In this document: piece after piece, positions 38,190 to 50,843 of the stretch | Numbering within the stretch: the stretch's first letter is position 1 | How the letters are laid out: each line of letters starts with the position of its first letter | DNA from: Phaeosaccion multiseriatum | Taxonomy: Eukaryota; Protista; Ochrophyta, other classes | DNA length: 64,000 nt | Assembly (NCBI GenBank): GCA_965112735.1 | Contig: OZ218954.1 | Coordinates: forward strand, 558,001 to 622,000 | Direction: 5' to 3' | Notes under the pieces: model-generated | The model's input: only the letters and a program-made list of their open reading frames with translations | Databases searched by the model: none | Told to the model about the DNA's origin: nothing | Made by a program: the position numbers and the translations under genes

Positions 38190-39987
38190 GTATAATATTA
38201 TTGGTCGCGTGATTATTCACATTGCGGGTGAGTGAGTGAGTGAGTGAGTGAGTGAGTTCTATTGTAGAAGGTGCTGGCTAGGGGATTAAATCGCTTCCTA
38301 CGACGTTGAAATGAATGTGCTAGTGCTTTAGTGACTGATTGAGTGAGTGAGTGAGTGAATGCGTGAGTGCGTGTCTGAGTGAGTGAATGAGTGAGTGAGT
38401 GAGTGAGTGAAGTGAGTGAGTGAGTGAGTGAGTGAATGCGTGAGTGCGTGTCTGAGTGAGTGAATGAGTGAGTGAGTGAGTGAGTGAGTAAGTGAGTGAG
38501 TGAGTGAGTAGTTGAGTGAGTAAGTGAGTGAGTGAGTAGTTGAGTGAGTGAGTGAGTGAGTGAGGGAATGAAGGAGTGAGTGAGTAGTTGAGTGAGTGAG
38601 TCACAAACACATACACGCACGCACACGACACGCACACATATACACACGCACTCACACACACACTCACAGACATCACACTCACACACATGCACACGCACAC
38701 ACACTCACACTCACATGTTGGTGATACACACACACGCACACACACACGCACCTGCAGCCTGAGTCCCTCGAACTTGGAAAGGGTGAAGTCCCAGTAGCAT
38801 GTGTGAATGTCTGCTCGATGGCAGCCCATGAGCAGGCCCTGGCCACTGCTGGCCTTAGTGGAGCGAATCACCGTCCACCCGTCAAGCTCGTTGGGAGGTG
38901 TGAAGGGCAGGGCGCTCGTGGTACTGCTGGAGCTGGTGCTGGTGATGGTGGTGGTGCTGGTGATGGTGGTGCTGCTGCTGTTGGTCTTGTCGGGGGCCGT
39001 TCTTTTGCCAGTGAAAGGAGACGTGGTAGCAGCTGATGCTCCTCCTTCTCCTTCTCCTCCTCCTCCTCCTCCTCCTCCTGCAATGACTTGAACGGCTCTG
39101 TTGCGATTGCTGTAGTACTTGTCGAGCGCAAAGTGCAGCGGCCAACATGAAGTGCCATCCCTGAGCTCCACCTGTTGGACATTCGATGTCGGGGAGTTCT
39201 ACATTCATTTTGGGGCTCTACATTCAAGGGCTATAGAGCGCACAGCACAGTGCTTTCACTGACATACCTCGAGGCGGTGGAGGTCATGGCATGTTGCGCT
39301 CAGCCGCACAGCCTCAGCTTGGGTGAGACGTACAAGGATACCTTAGAGAGAGATACAGGGGATACAGAGCGGGAGGAGAGAGAAGAGAGCGATAGAGACA
39401 GAGAGAGAGGAGTGAGAGGCGGGTGGGGGGGGGGGGGGGTTGGGGAAGGGAGAGGGAGAGAAGAAGGTGGAGTATACATAATAAAAACCGGCTCAAAAAA
39501 GTCGATGATGCAGTGGACGAAGCCCACACACAGTATACATAATAAAAACCGGCTCAAAAAAGTCGATGATGCAGTGGACGAAGCCCAACAGTAGCAGACC
39601 TAAACAAGGCTGACGAGCACTGCGGATCACAGCGCATCATACCAAATCGCTTGGCCACGCTCGGTCAGTCACACACACCGTCACGATGTGTACTTACTAA
39701 GACTTACTTCGCAGGACGACGTCCGGCAGAGCAAGTATGCTGCCCCTCTTGCCCCTGCGCAAGGGCTTGCTGGTTCTGCTGCTGCTGACGCTTGTTGCTT
39801 CTTCGTCAGCTGAAGCTGACGGTGTGGAGGGGATATCCTTGCCACCACCGCTGGTGCTGCTGTTGCTGCTTGTTTCGTCGATTGAAGCTGGCGTGGTGGG
39901 TAAATCCTTTCCACCACCACCGCCAACGCCATGGCCACCACCACCACCAGCAGCAGCACCACCACCGTAATCAGTGGTACGTAGCAT
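35285..39987 (-). CDS. F-box + SPRY/B30.2 + C-terminal ubiquitin-like domain protein (8 exons)
   Basis: Exons 39987-39708, 39341-39268, 39171-38752, 38119-38069, 37703-37653, 37275-36275, 36052-35995, 35392-35285. F-box ILALPDVVLRSILVRLTQAEAVRLSATCHDLHRL; SPRY YWDFTL..VGVGT..WTFDCAG..YGCRVNSGDVIGVLV..VTFFHNGKSMGHAF..LYPLI; UBL IRPDQLALRSGGKVLEDDNASLADVGV. Confidence 0.8.
39473..39587. repeat. Perfect ~54-bp direct repeat x2 in intron 1 of the F-box gene
   Basis: TATACATAATAAAAACCGGCTCAAAAAAGTCGATGATGCAGTGGACGAAGCCCA at 39473 and 39534. Confidence 0.9.
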
Positions 39988-40537
39988 CTTCTATTAAACC
40001 CTTCCTCTCTCCCTCCTGTCCTCTCTTTTTTCTTAGTATGGCTTGTTGGGGCGCGAAAAGATCGAACACGTCCCCTCTTCAATTTGGCCGTGTCGCATCT
40101 AACGGATTGAGCGCACACTCCTTCTGTGTTGCGGCTATCCTTCCTATAGCTCCTTCCTCTTGGTGGGCGTGTCACTTTGCCATGGAGGGAGAGCAACTGT
40201 GCGTGGAGGGAAGAATATTCGATCGTTGTTCGGGCGTGTGGCAAAAAGGTAAAGTTCGCTCAGATGGCAGTGGATGGCTCAAGGACCCCCTGCCCCGCCT
40301 CTCCTGATCTCTGTCCTTCCACGTGCTTCAGGTTCTGTTGCTTGCTTGCTTTGGCTCTCCTACCGAACACTCTCCGACGAGATCTGGCTCGTACTGACTG
40401 GTAGAAGGTGGAGTGGGCTAAGCGGGCCGTAGGCTCAGTGAGCAAGGTTCTGCTCCCTTCTTCGTGTGTAGGTTGGCTCCCTGGCTTGCTGCCGCCTTAC
40501 TCCTAAGCGGCAGCAGGATCTGGGTGAATATACAGAG

Positions 40538-41370
40538 ATGGGGGACTATGCAAGGTCGAGAGACAATGGCACTGCGCCTCGGCCCGGTAGCGGGGTCAGC
40601 GGCAGGTCGGGGGGGGCGGCAGGCGGGCCAAGAGCCGAGGCTGGTGCTGTGGGAACCGGGGGAGGAGGAGGGGGAGGCGGAGGCGGGGGACCGGCAGGTG
40701 TGACACAACCGTACTTTGTTGATCAGAAGAAGGGGGAAGTGAATGAGCTGAAAGCGGTGAGTGCGCTAAAGAGGGTAGGGAGGAGAGGAGACATGGCAGC
40801 CTGTACGTAGACGATGCATACGGAGTCAAAGCTAGCTCTTTATACGTAGACATGCTAGCTGAATGGTGTATACCGAGCTATGACTCCTTATATACCGCTG
40901 CACGCCTCAGGTGGGCGGGCGCTGCATTATTCCCAACGACTGCTGCTGTTGACACTGCTACGCTGAGTTGCTTTCCTTTCTGGAGTCTTGAATCTTCTTC
41001 TTGTTGAGTACCTGAGTGTATTGCTTTCACCATGTATATATATGGTCTTTCTCCCTGTCGCTTGGATGAGGAGAAGGAAAAGAAAGGAAGGAGAGAAGTA
41101 ACGGAGGGAGGCGAGACAAGGATGGCTTCTCCTCCCCCCCCTCTCCCTCTCCCTTCTGTTCCATTGTCTCGACGCCCGCTCCCCACCCACTGGCACCACT
41201 CCTCTTACATGTCCTCTTCATTCTTTTTGTTTGTGTGTGCGTATCTCTCCATGTGGGGGGGTCGGTCACCCTCCTGTCCTGACACCCCTCACCCCTCCTG
41301 TCCTGACACCCGTGTGTATGTTCCTTTGCGTACGTGGTGTGGCTCGAATACACACACACGCACACACACA

Positions 41371-41426
<56 letters not shown>

Positions 41427-43113
41427 CACACAGCTGCTGCGCAACATCAGCGTGGAGCGGGATGTCAACAAGAAGCGTGACGTCATCAAGAAGGTACGAA
41501 ACGAAACGCGATGCCACTCCCGAGAGGGGCACCCCTCGCCCCTTTCTTCCACCCTGCCCTTCTTACCATACCCCTATCCTCCACCCTGCCCTTCTTACCA
41601 TACCCCCCCCTACTCCGCGATTGCCTACGTGATACCCGCTCTGTGTACGTGCCCTGACACCATCTCTCTGTTGTACGTGTCCTGACACCTTCTCTCGACG
41701 CTTCTCTCGTTCTCTCTGTCCTGACACCCCTCACCCCTCCTGTCCTGACACCCCTCACCCCTCCTGTTAGGTGATTGCCTATATGACGCTGGGTATCGAT
41801 GTGAGCAGGCTCTTCACGGAGATGATTCTCGCCATTGAGACCAGCGACATTGGTACGTACGTATGTACGTATGTACTCGTGCTTGGGCCTCCCTTTTGGC
41901 CCAAATCCACTCCCAAATGGCATCTACGTATGCGCATGTCTGTTGTTGTATGGTGCCGTGTTCATCACCCCTTCGCTGCACCTTATGTGTGTGTGTGTGC
42001 GTCCGTTTCCCCCCCTCTCTTATTACATATTCCTAAGTACTTCGTAGTGTGTTATACGTATATATATATCACTCCATGACACCACCAACCCGGGCCCGCC
42101 TTTCCCCTCTATGCCTGCCGCCCATACCCCTATGCTTCTGCACAGTCGTGAAGAAGATGGTGTATTTGTACCTCTGTAACTATGCACACGGCAAGCCTGA
42201 CCTCGCCATTATGTGTATTAACACACTGCAGAGAGATTGGTGCGTGGAGGAGGAGGAGGAGGAGGAGAAGGAGGAGGAGGAGGAGGAGGAGGAGGAGGAG
42301 GAGGAGGAGGAGAAGGAGGAGGAGAAGGAACAGGAGGAGCAGGAGGAGGAAGAGGAGAAGGAGGAGAAGGAGTAGTAGTAGTAGTAGTAGTAGTAGGAGG
42401 AGGAGGAGGAGGAGGAGGGAGCAACGGAATTTCTACCTACACACCTCCAACATGTCCCCCCCCCCCCCCCCCCACATACACACACCCACATGCTTTGGTG
42501 ATACGTCCTCACAGCACCAACGACGACCCCATGGTCCGAGGCCTAGCCCTGCGCTCTCTGTGCTCTCTGCGCCTCCCCACGATGGTGAGTATGTCAGTGA
42601 GTATGTCAGTGAGTATGTCAGTGAGTATGTCAGTGAGTATGTTAGTGAGTATGTCAGTGAGTGATGGAGGGAGGGAGGGAGGGAAGAAGGGAGGGAGGGA
42701 GGGAGGGAGGGAAGAAGGGAGGGAAATAGGGAGGGATGGGGGGAGGGAGGGAGGGGGGGAGGGAAGGAGAAAGGGAGAGAAGGGTGCATAGCACTTGAAC
42801 CCTTTTGTAACAGATGTACTTATCCCCGACGATGACCCCATCGCGCCCCATTTTCACCCCAGTGTGAGTCGTCGATCCGTTAACCCCACTCTGATTCGAT
42901 CCGTTAACCCCCCTCTGAGTCGATCCGTTAACCCCACTCTGAGTCGATCCGAAAGCCTGGTTTCTCCAGTATAGGTTCCTGCACAGTTTACAGTGTCACC
43001 TACTTTGATGACCCGATGCTAACCCCATCTCTTCCCTCATGTGCTTTTCATTCACACAAACACACACACACTCACTCACACTCACCCACACACATACACA
43101 CGTACACACCTAT

Positions 43114-43151
<38 letters not shown>

Positions 43152-45405
43152 ACACAAACACACACACACACCCCAAGGTGGAGTACATGAGGGCTCCACT
43201 GCAAAAGTCGCTCATCGATCCTGCTGCCTACGTGCGCAAGACGGGGGTGATGGGCCTGCTGAAGCTGTACCACCTCGCTCCTCTGCTTGTGTCTGAGGGG
43301 GGCATGGTGGACACGCTGTTCGACATGCTCAAGGATTCGGACACGCAGGTACAAGAATAATAACAATATAGTATACAATACGATACGAACAGTGGAGGGA
43401 GGGTGGGTAGGTGGGACGATGGCAATGGATGGGGTCGGTGGACACAAAGGGACAGTGAAGGTAGAGCTGTGGTTATGGTGTTTTGTGGTGGAAGGGTTTT
43501 GTGTAGGTGAAGAGTTGTGTCAGCTTGTAGTTTGGGCTTTCAGGCTAAAAAAGAACTCCTTCCTCTCCTCCTCCTCCTCCTCCTCCTCCTCCTCCTCCTC
43601 CTCATCCTCCTCCTCCTCCTTCTCCTCCTCCTCCTCCTCCTCCTCCTCCTCCTCCCCCTCCTCCTCCTCCTCCTCCTCCTCCTCCTCCTCATCCTCCTCC
43701 CTCCTTTCCCCCCCTCGACCACAACAGGTGGTGGCCAATGTGATTTGTGTGCTGAACGAGATTATGGCTGGAGAGGGTGGCATGGCCATCAACAGGGCCA
43801 TCGTGTTGCACCTGCTGGGAAGGGTACAGCACTTCAACGAGTGGGGCTTGCAAGTGAGTATGTCAATGAGGGGGTGGGTGGCATTGGATGGATGGATGGC
43901 AGTGGGTTGATGGCATTTGGTGGCAGTGGATGGATGGATGGGTGAGTGAGTGAGTGACTGAATGAGTGAGTGAGTGAGTGAGGGAGCGGGTGAGTGAGTG
44001 AGTGAGTGAGTGAGTAGGTGAGTAGATGAGTGGGTGAGTCAGTGGGTTATAGTGAGTGAGTGTTTGTGTGTGTTTTCTCACTCACCCACTCATCGCCCCC
44101 CCCCCCCCCCCACACACACACACACACACACTCCTACCCACTCACACACACACACACACACTCCTACCCACTCACACACACACACACTCCTACCCACTCA
44201 CACACACACACACTCCTACCCACTCACACACACACACACACACTCCTACCCACTCACACACACACACACTCCTACCCACTCACACACACACACACTCCTA
44301 CCCACTCATCGCCCCCCCCCCCCCACACACACACACACACACACACTCCTACCCACTCACACACACACACACTCCTACCCACTCACACACACACACACTC
44401 CTACCCACTCACACACTCTCTCTCTCTCTACAATACACACACAGCACGTCCTCTGCCTCGTTTGCCGTTACACGCCAAGTGACGACGAAGAGATCTTCAC
44501 CATCATGAACCTCCTTGACCCCGTCCTGCGCACCTCCAACGGAGGAGTCGTCATGGCGACGTGTCGTTGCTTCTTTAGGCTCACTCAGACCATGCCGGGC
44601 ATAAGCACGCAGGTGGGTGGCAATAGATGGCAGTGGGTGGCAATGGATGGCAGTGCAACTGAAGCCTGCTCCTCCTCCTCCCGTCCTCCTCCTCCTCCTC
44701 CTCCTCCTCCTCCTCCTCCTCCTCCTCCTCCTCCTCCTCCTCCTCCTCCTCCTCCTCTTCCCCCTCCCCCTCCCCCTCCTCTTCCTCCCCACCCCCTCCG
44801 CCCTAACCCCTGTCCTTCCCCCTGCCCTCCCCGTCCTTCTCCCTACTCCACACCTCATCCCCTACCTACCCAACTACCTACCCACCAACCTACCTACCCA
44901 CCAACCTACCTACCTGCCTGCCTACCTACCTACCTACCTACCTACCTTCCTTCCTTCCTACCTACCTACCCACCTTCCTTCCTTCCTACCTACCTACCTA
45001 CCTACCCCCGGTCTGTGCTGTTTTTTAACAACCGAACACCAACAAGCAGGTGGTGGAGCGCATGAAGGCGCCTCTGCTCACTCTCATGGCCAGCGGTGGC
45101 CCGGAGCTTGTGTATTGCATTCTCAAGCACATTGAAACTCTTATTGAGAGGGCCCCCGGGGTGTTTGACGATGAGTTTCGCCACTTCTACGCCCGTTACA
45201 ACGAACCCACCAATGTTAAGGTACGTAACGGGGATGGCAGTGGATGGCAGTGGATGGCAGTGGATGGCCGTGGATGGCCGTGGATGGCCGTGGATGGCCG
45301 TGGATGGCCGTGGATGTGGAGGGGGGGGGGCTGAGATGATGGCAGTCGATGGGGGTGGCGGGGGTGTCCGTTGCCCTAACAACGAGTCCACCTAATCACT
45401 TTCTG

Positions 45406-45439
<34 letters not shown>

Positions 45440-47897
45440 CGTGTTTGTGTGTATGTCCATTGTCTCCTCCTGCTTTCTGGCTTGTACCCACGTGACCACC
45501 CATTGCCCCCCCCTCTCTCTCTCTCTCCCATCCACTGCCATCCCTTCCATCCCCCTGTTGAACAGTACTGCAAGGTCGATATTTTGAGTCAGGTCGTGAC
45601 CCCCGCAAGCATGACCGAGGTTAGTGAGGTTAACGGAAGGTTAACGGTAGCGTAAGGGCCATGGCGGAGAACATACACCCGTTAAGAAGACAGAGAGGGG
45701 GGGAGGGAGGGAGGGTGATACGTACGTACAAGTGATGTCTTCTGCAGAGGGAAGGGAACAAGTACATGCACGTAGCATGAACAACACACCAGAAACGGAA
45801 CAAGTAGCGACGCCCACCCACGCCACGCGACGCACACACACGCACCCACACGTCCACACCCACTCACTCACTCGCCCCCCACCCTCGCCCACACACACCG
45901 TATGTCAACAAAAGGTGGTACTGGAGCTGAGTGAATATGTCAGTGACGTGGACAGCGTTTTGGCGCGAAGGGCTATTCGGGCCATCGGGAAGATATGCTT
46001 CCGACTGGCGGACGCGGCCGACGCGGTGGTTCTCCAGGTGAGGAGAAACTTGAACTGAACACTGGTCTGGGCTTCCCCCTCCCTCCCTCCTCGGCTGAAG
46101 ATAGATCCTCCAAATTATCTACATCCACCCCCCCCCCCCCCCATCCACTGCCATCCCTCCCTTGTCGTTCATTCTCTACAGCTCGTCGACTTTGGAGGTG
46201 TCTGAGCTCCGTATTATTCCTCTATTCCATCCACTGCCATCCTCCCTCCCCACTCACTGCCACCCCCCCCCCCCCTCCCTCCCTCCCTCCCTCCCTCCCA
46301 TCCACTGCCATCCAATCCACAAGCTTATCGACTTTCTGGAGCTGGATATCGACTATGTGCAAGCGGAAACCTGCCTGGTGGTGGCCATGTTGTTACGTAA
46401 GAGACCGCACTGGAGAGGGGACGTGTTACCACTGCTCAAGCCCGTCATGCTACAGCTGGAGGAGAACAGGTCAGTTTGAGTTTTGAGTTTTGAGTTTTTT
46501 TATGATTCACTTGCGACACATAAGACAGCGAACGCACACACACACACACACACATCTAACACAAACTGACCACTGACAGTGAAACTCAGACTGAAACTCT
46601 CAAGAAACCAAAGAGCACCACTGATGACCACCGGAGAAACTGAAACTGAAAACTTTTCCTTGGGTTATTTACCTGTTCCTTCTTACTTACGTGCTACTTA
46701 CCATACACGATCCCCCAGAGCCAAGGCCGCTGTCCTGTGGATGGTGGGGCGCTTCGGAGACGAAGTTGGCGACGCTCCGTATATAGTGGAGGGACTCATC
46801 GACAAGTGGGAGGAGGAGGGTGCGTTGAGGAGGGTAGAGTACTTGAGGATGGCAGTGGATGAGGAGGGTACTTGATTTTGGATGGCAGTGGATGGGGAGG
46901 GTACTTGAGTTTGGATGGCAGTGGATGAGGAGGGTACTTGAGTTTGGATGGCAGTGGATGAGGAGGGTACTTGATTTTGGATGGCAGTGGATGAGGAGGG
47001 TACTTGATTTTGGATGGCAGTGGATGAGGAGGGTACTTGAGTTTGGATGGCAGTGGATGAGGAGGGTACTCAGGGAAGGGTGGGGGGGCACGGTGCCGGT
47101 AGTGGTTTGTAGAAGGATGAATGCAGAGGAGGAGGAGGAGGAGGAGGAGGAGGGCGGGGGGGGGGGGGGCACTTTTTAACACCCCACATCCACCCTCACA
47201 TCACTTATTATCGTTGTGTCATCCCAACGAAACCCGCAGGTAGCGCTGAGGTGAAACTGCAACTGCTCACCACCTCTGTGCAGCTCTTTTTCAAGCGGCC
47301 CGCGGAAATGCAGGGCATGCTCGGCAGGTTGTTAAAGGCCGCCGTCAACGACTTCTCCAGGTACACGGTGTGCACCAATTGGTTTCAGTACTCAGTTTCA
47401 GTTCGGTTCAGTACACAGTTTCAGTTTATTGTCAGACGGCAACCTCTACACACCGATCCGCGCCTCGCGAAAGTCATTTTTTAGCATTTAGACTATCGCT
47501 AACTTCACTATCGACTCTTCTCTCGACCACACGTGACTATAGCCAAGACGTGCATGACAGAGCCCTTCTGTACTACAGGCTGCTGGCCAAGGATCCCAAG
47601 GTTAGTAAGTCAGTGGGTGGGTGGATGGGTGGGTGTGGGCCAGCGGGTTGGTGGGTGGGTGGGTAGGTTGGTGGATGAGTTGGGTGGGTGCGTCAGTGGA
47701 TGGATGGGTGTGTGTGCGCGGGTGGGTGGGTGGGTGTGGGTGTGTGGGTGTGTGCATGGGTGTGTGTGTGTGCGTGGGTGGGTTTGTGCATGTGGGTGTG
47801 TGGGTGTGTGGGTGGGTGTGTGTGTGGGTGTGTGTGTGTGTGTGTGTGGGTGGGTTTGTGAGTGGGTGGGTGGGTAGAGGCGCGAGTGCTGACATGT

Positions 47898-47938
<41 letters not shown>

Positions 47939-49521
47939 TGTGAGTGGGTGGGTGGGTAGAGGCGCGAGTGCTGACATTTCGTTTTGTTTTCCTCTCACGC
48001 TGACGACGTGTGTGTGCTGTATGGCATGAATGTGCATGTGTGTGTGTGTGTATGTGTGTGTGTGTGTGCGTGCGTGTGTGTGCGTGTGTGTGTGTGTGTG
48101 TGCGTGTGTGTGTCCCTCTCTCTATCTGTGTGTGTGCGCGCGTGTAGGTATGCGAAGCAGTGGTGTGTGCTTCGGCCCCAACAGTTGGCGACGCTTTCGC
48201 GGATGAGGTGGACAAGAGCAGGAAAGATGCCATCTTCAAGGTTAGTTTAGTTTCAGTTTCAAGACCACCCCCCCGTCTCTCTCTCCGGTGTTCTCCCTCG
48301 CTCGCTCCCTCTCTCTCTCTCTCCAGACTTCTCCCTCGCTCTCCTTCACCCTCTCTCTCTCCCTCTCTCCCTCCCCCCTCGCGTCTCTCTCCCCCTCCCT
48401 CTCTTTGTCTCTCCCCCCCCCCCCCCCCCCCCCCCCCTCTCTCTCTCTCTCTCTCTGTCTCTCTCACTCTCTCCCCCTCTCTCCCTCCCCCACCCACAGG
48501 AGTTTGACACTCTCTCGATTCTGTACGGCAAAACGTCCGACGAATTCACCGACGCGGAGTTTCAGATCCGAGAGGCGAGCAATATCCGGAGGTAAGCGAG
48601 CAGTATCTGGAGGAAGCGAGCAGTATCTGGAAGTGGTGTTAGTGAATGATGGCCTGTCTGCCTGTCTGCCTGTCTCCTATCCTTTACCCCCATGTACCTG
48701 CCTGCCTACCCATACGCCTCTTACTTTTCCTCTCCCGGTGGACCTTCCTACCGCCATCCACTGCCATCCGCCTGTCCTGCAGGTCCAAGGAAGAGGTTCT
48801 GGCCGAGGCCTTGGGTGACTTGGGCCTCGCCCCGCCCCCCAAGTTTAGCAACACTGGGTCGGACGACCTTGCGCCGCCCCAGCCGCCATCTGCAGGAGGA
48901 GGAGCCTCAGCAGTTGGTGATACAGCAGCAGCAGCAGGAGGAGGAGGAGCACTTGGTCATACAGTAGTTGGTGATACAGCTCCTCCTGCGGCCGTCGCCG
49001 ACCTGCTGGGGATGGATGCCTTTGAACCTCCCGCAGCCGCAGGAGCAGATGGGCTGGACTTCCTCAACCACCAGAGTATTGGAGGGTCAGGATCAGGGTC
49101 AGGGTCAGGGTTGGTTCTTCAATCGACTGCGGTGCTGGAGGGTGGAACGTTCCAATCACTGTGGGCAACCTTGGATAGCTCTTCTGCCACTGCTACTTGG
49201 GCCCTCTCGAGGGTACCCAATAGCACAGAGGAGGTGGAAAGTGCGCTAAGCAAGTTGGGAGTACGGACCATGGCGAGCGGCGACAAGCCAGAGGCAATGA
49301 AGCTCTTCGTGTATGGGCGGGGTGGAAGGCCGGTTGGTGGTGATACCGGATCAGGAGGAGGAGGAGGAGGAGGGCCAGCAGTTGGTGATACAGCAGTGCA
49401 TCTGGCGCAAGTGAGCATGGTCAAGGCGAGTGCGTCGATGGAGGTAGTGGCCAAAGCGGAGGGAGAGGATGGCAGCCGATTCATCGAGCTTCTTAGGAGA
49501 GCCCTCGGGGCGTATTTATGA
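40538..49521 (+). CDS. AP4B1: Adaptor protein complex AP-4 beta subunit (beta-adaptin), 18 exons
   Basis: Exons 40538-40756, 41434-41493, 41771-41852, 42146-42239, 42515-42584, 43178-43348, 43728-43853, 44445-44612, 45050-45220, 45566-45619, 45915-46037, 46324-46469, 46719-46819, 47240-47360, 47543-47600, 48148-48240, 48500-48591, 48783-49521. Motifs [50 protein letters not shown] (AP-4 type), [26 protein letters not shown]; short appendage domain at the C-terminus. Confidence 0.92.
42867..42951. repeat. ~24-bp minisatellite (GTCGATCCGTTAACCCCACTCTGA) x3.5, intronic
   Basis: Direct observation. Confidence 0.85.
46827..47071. repeat. 33-bp minisatellite x~7 (GAGGAGGGTACTTGAKTTTGGATGGCAGTGGAT) just after a donor site
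   Basis: Direct observation; each unit carries the GGATGGCAGTGGAT word. Confidence 0.9.
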
Positions 49522-50843
49522 CGTAACTGATGCTACGTAAGAATAATTGATGAGGACGTAAGAGAGCCCACGCACCTCCAAGACACCCCCGTTTTAGAGA
49601 CACCCAAACGACCCCTTTCCCCTTCCACCCCATACTACTGCTTGAACGAGTTTGAACATGCCATGCCCATCGTGTTGCCCTCGTCGAGACAAGTCGAATG
49701 CCGGCATCGTTGCCTCCTGCCACCTCTATCAAGTTCAGTTCTATGGCCCTGTAGCGTGTAGAGGCCTAACATACTGAAACTCCTGTTCCGTAAGGGCCAT
49801 GCGGGTCTTTACATAAGGGTGTCTTGCAGCCCAGAGGGCCCTCCCTCCCCCCCCCCCCCTAAAGTGCCTCTATCGCCGAGTTGAGCAGTTCTGGTTACGC
49901 GTCCCAGGTAGGGGTGGGTAAGGAAAATCCCTCTCCCTCACTAGTGGCACTGCACTACGCCAATCGCCTTTTATTTCTTTCTTTGGCACTCTTTTATGCT
50001 ACTCTTAATTTCTTTTCAGTTAAATGAAGATCACATACGCGGTATTACCATATCAGTACACCCTCGTGTGATGTATAGATTATTAGATGGCGCTTCGTCT
50101 TCCTTCGTGGCGGTGGAGGACCCACCCCACAAGCACCACTTCCGCACACTCGAACTCTACCTCTACCCGATGAAGAGTCGTTCAGTTGCGGCGCGCCGTG
50201 AACTCCGCGTCTTCTCTTCCCTCTTCTTTACTTCCTCTGTCTGCTCTTGGTTGGGCGGTTGGGCTGAAACTGAAACTAGCCAGGCATACCCTCGCCCACA
50301 CATTTATACACATACACACTTTCAGTTTCTTAGGTGATTCCTATTAAGTTAATGAATACTAACCATGCTACTCAACAATGCCTCAATGAGACACCTCCCC
50401 TGCCCCTTACGTACCCCTGACGTACCCCTGACGTTCTCTCTTACCCTCACAGTCCGGCCCAGCTACAGCTACAAGTATATCGACATTGTCAAGTCGATAT
50501 AGTAGATCGAGATCGACATTTTCTTGTCCTTGTCAAGTCTGCCCGACTACCCCTCCCTCCCCGGGGGGGTATCCCCGCTGACGAGAAAAGGGTGAAGACG
50601 TGAAGACGTGTATGCCCCCACCCCTCTCTCTGCATCTCTTTCTCTCTCTCTTGCCCCCTTCCTTCTCGCCCCCTTTCTCCCCCCCTCCATTCCTCCCTCT
50701 CTCCCTCCCTCTCTCCATCTCTCCCTCCCACCCTCCCTCCCACTCTCCCTTCCTCCCCTCTCTCCCTCCCTCCCTCCCTCCCTCCCGCCCTCCCTCCCGT
50801 CCCTTGACGTATAACAACCGTACACCATGTTTTCCTCAAGGAC

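Noticed and set aside
39495-39650. Hammerhead ribozyme or C/D snoRNA (GATGA..CGAA, CTGACGAG)
   Set aside because: No complete CUGANGA...GAAA core with supporting stems, and no C/D box pair on the intron's sense strand.
46827-47071. CRISPR-like regular 33-bp repeats (also 21351, 42867, 1323)
   Set aside because: Head-to-tail units with no unique spacers, no cas genes, eukaryotic intronic or intergenic context.
40538-49521. AP-1/AP-2 beta assignment
   Set aside because: [12 protein letters not shown] and FFKRPAEMQ motifs and the short ear fit AP-4 beta rather than the AP-1/2 RALAVRTM type.
49996-50337. 113-aa ORF between AP4B1 and the membrane protein gene
   Set aside because: No recognisable motif or splice support; likely 3' UTR or intergenic.
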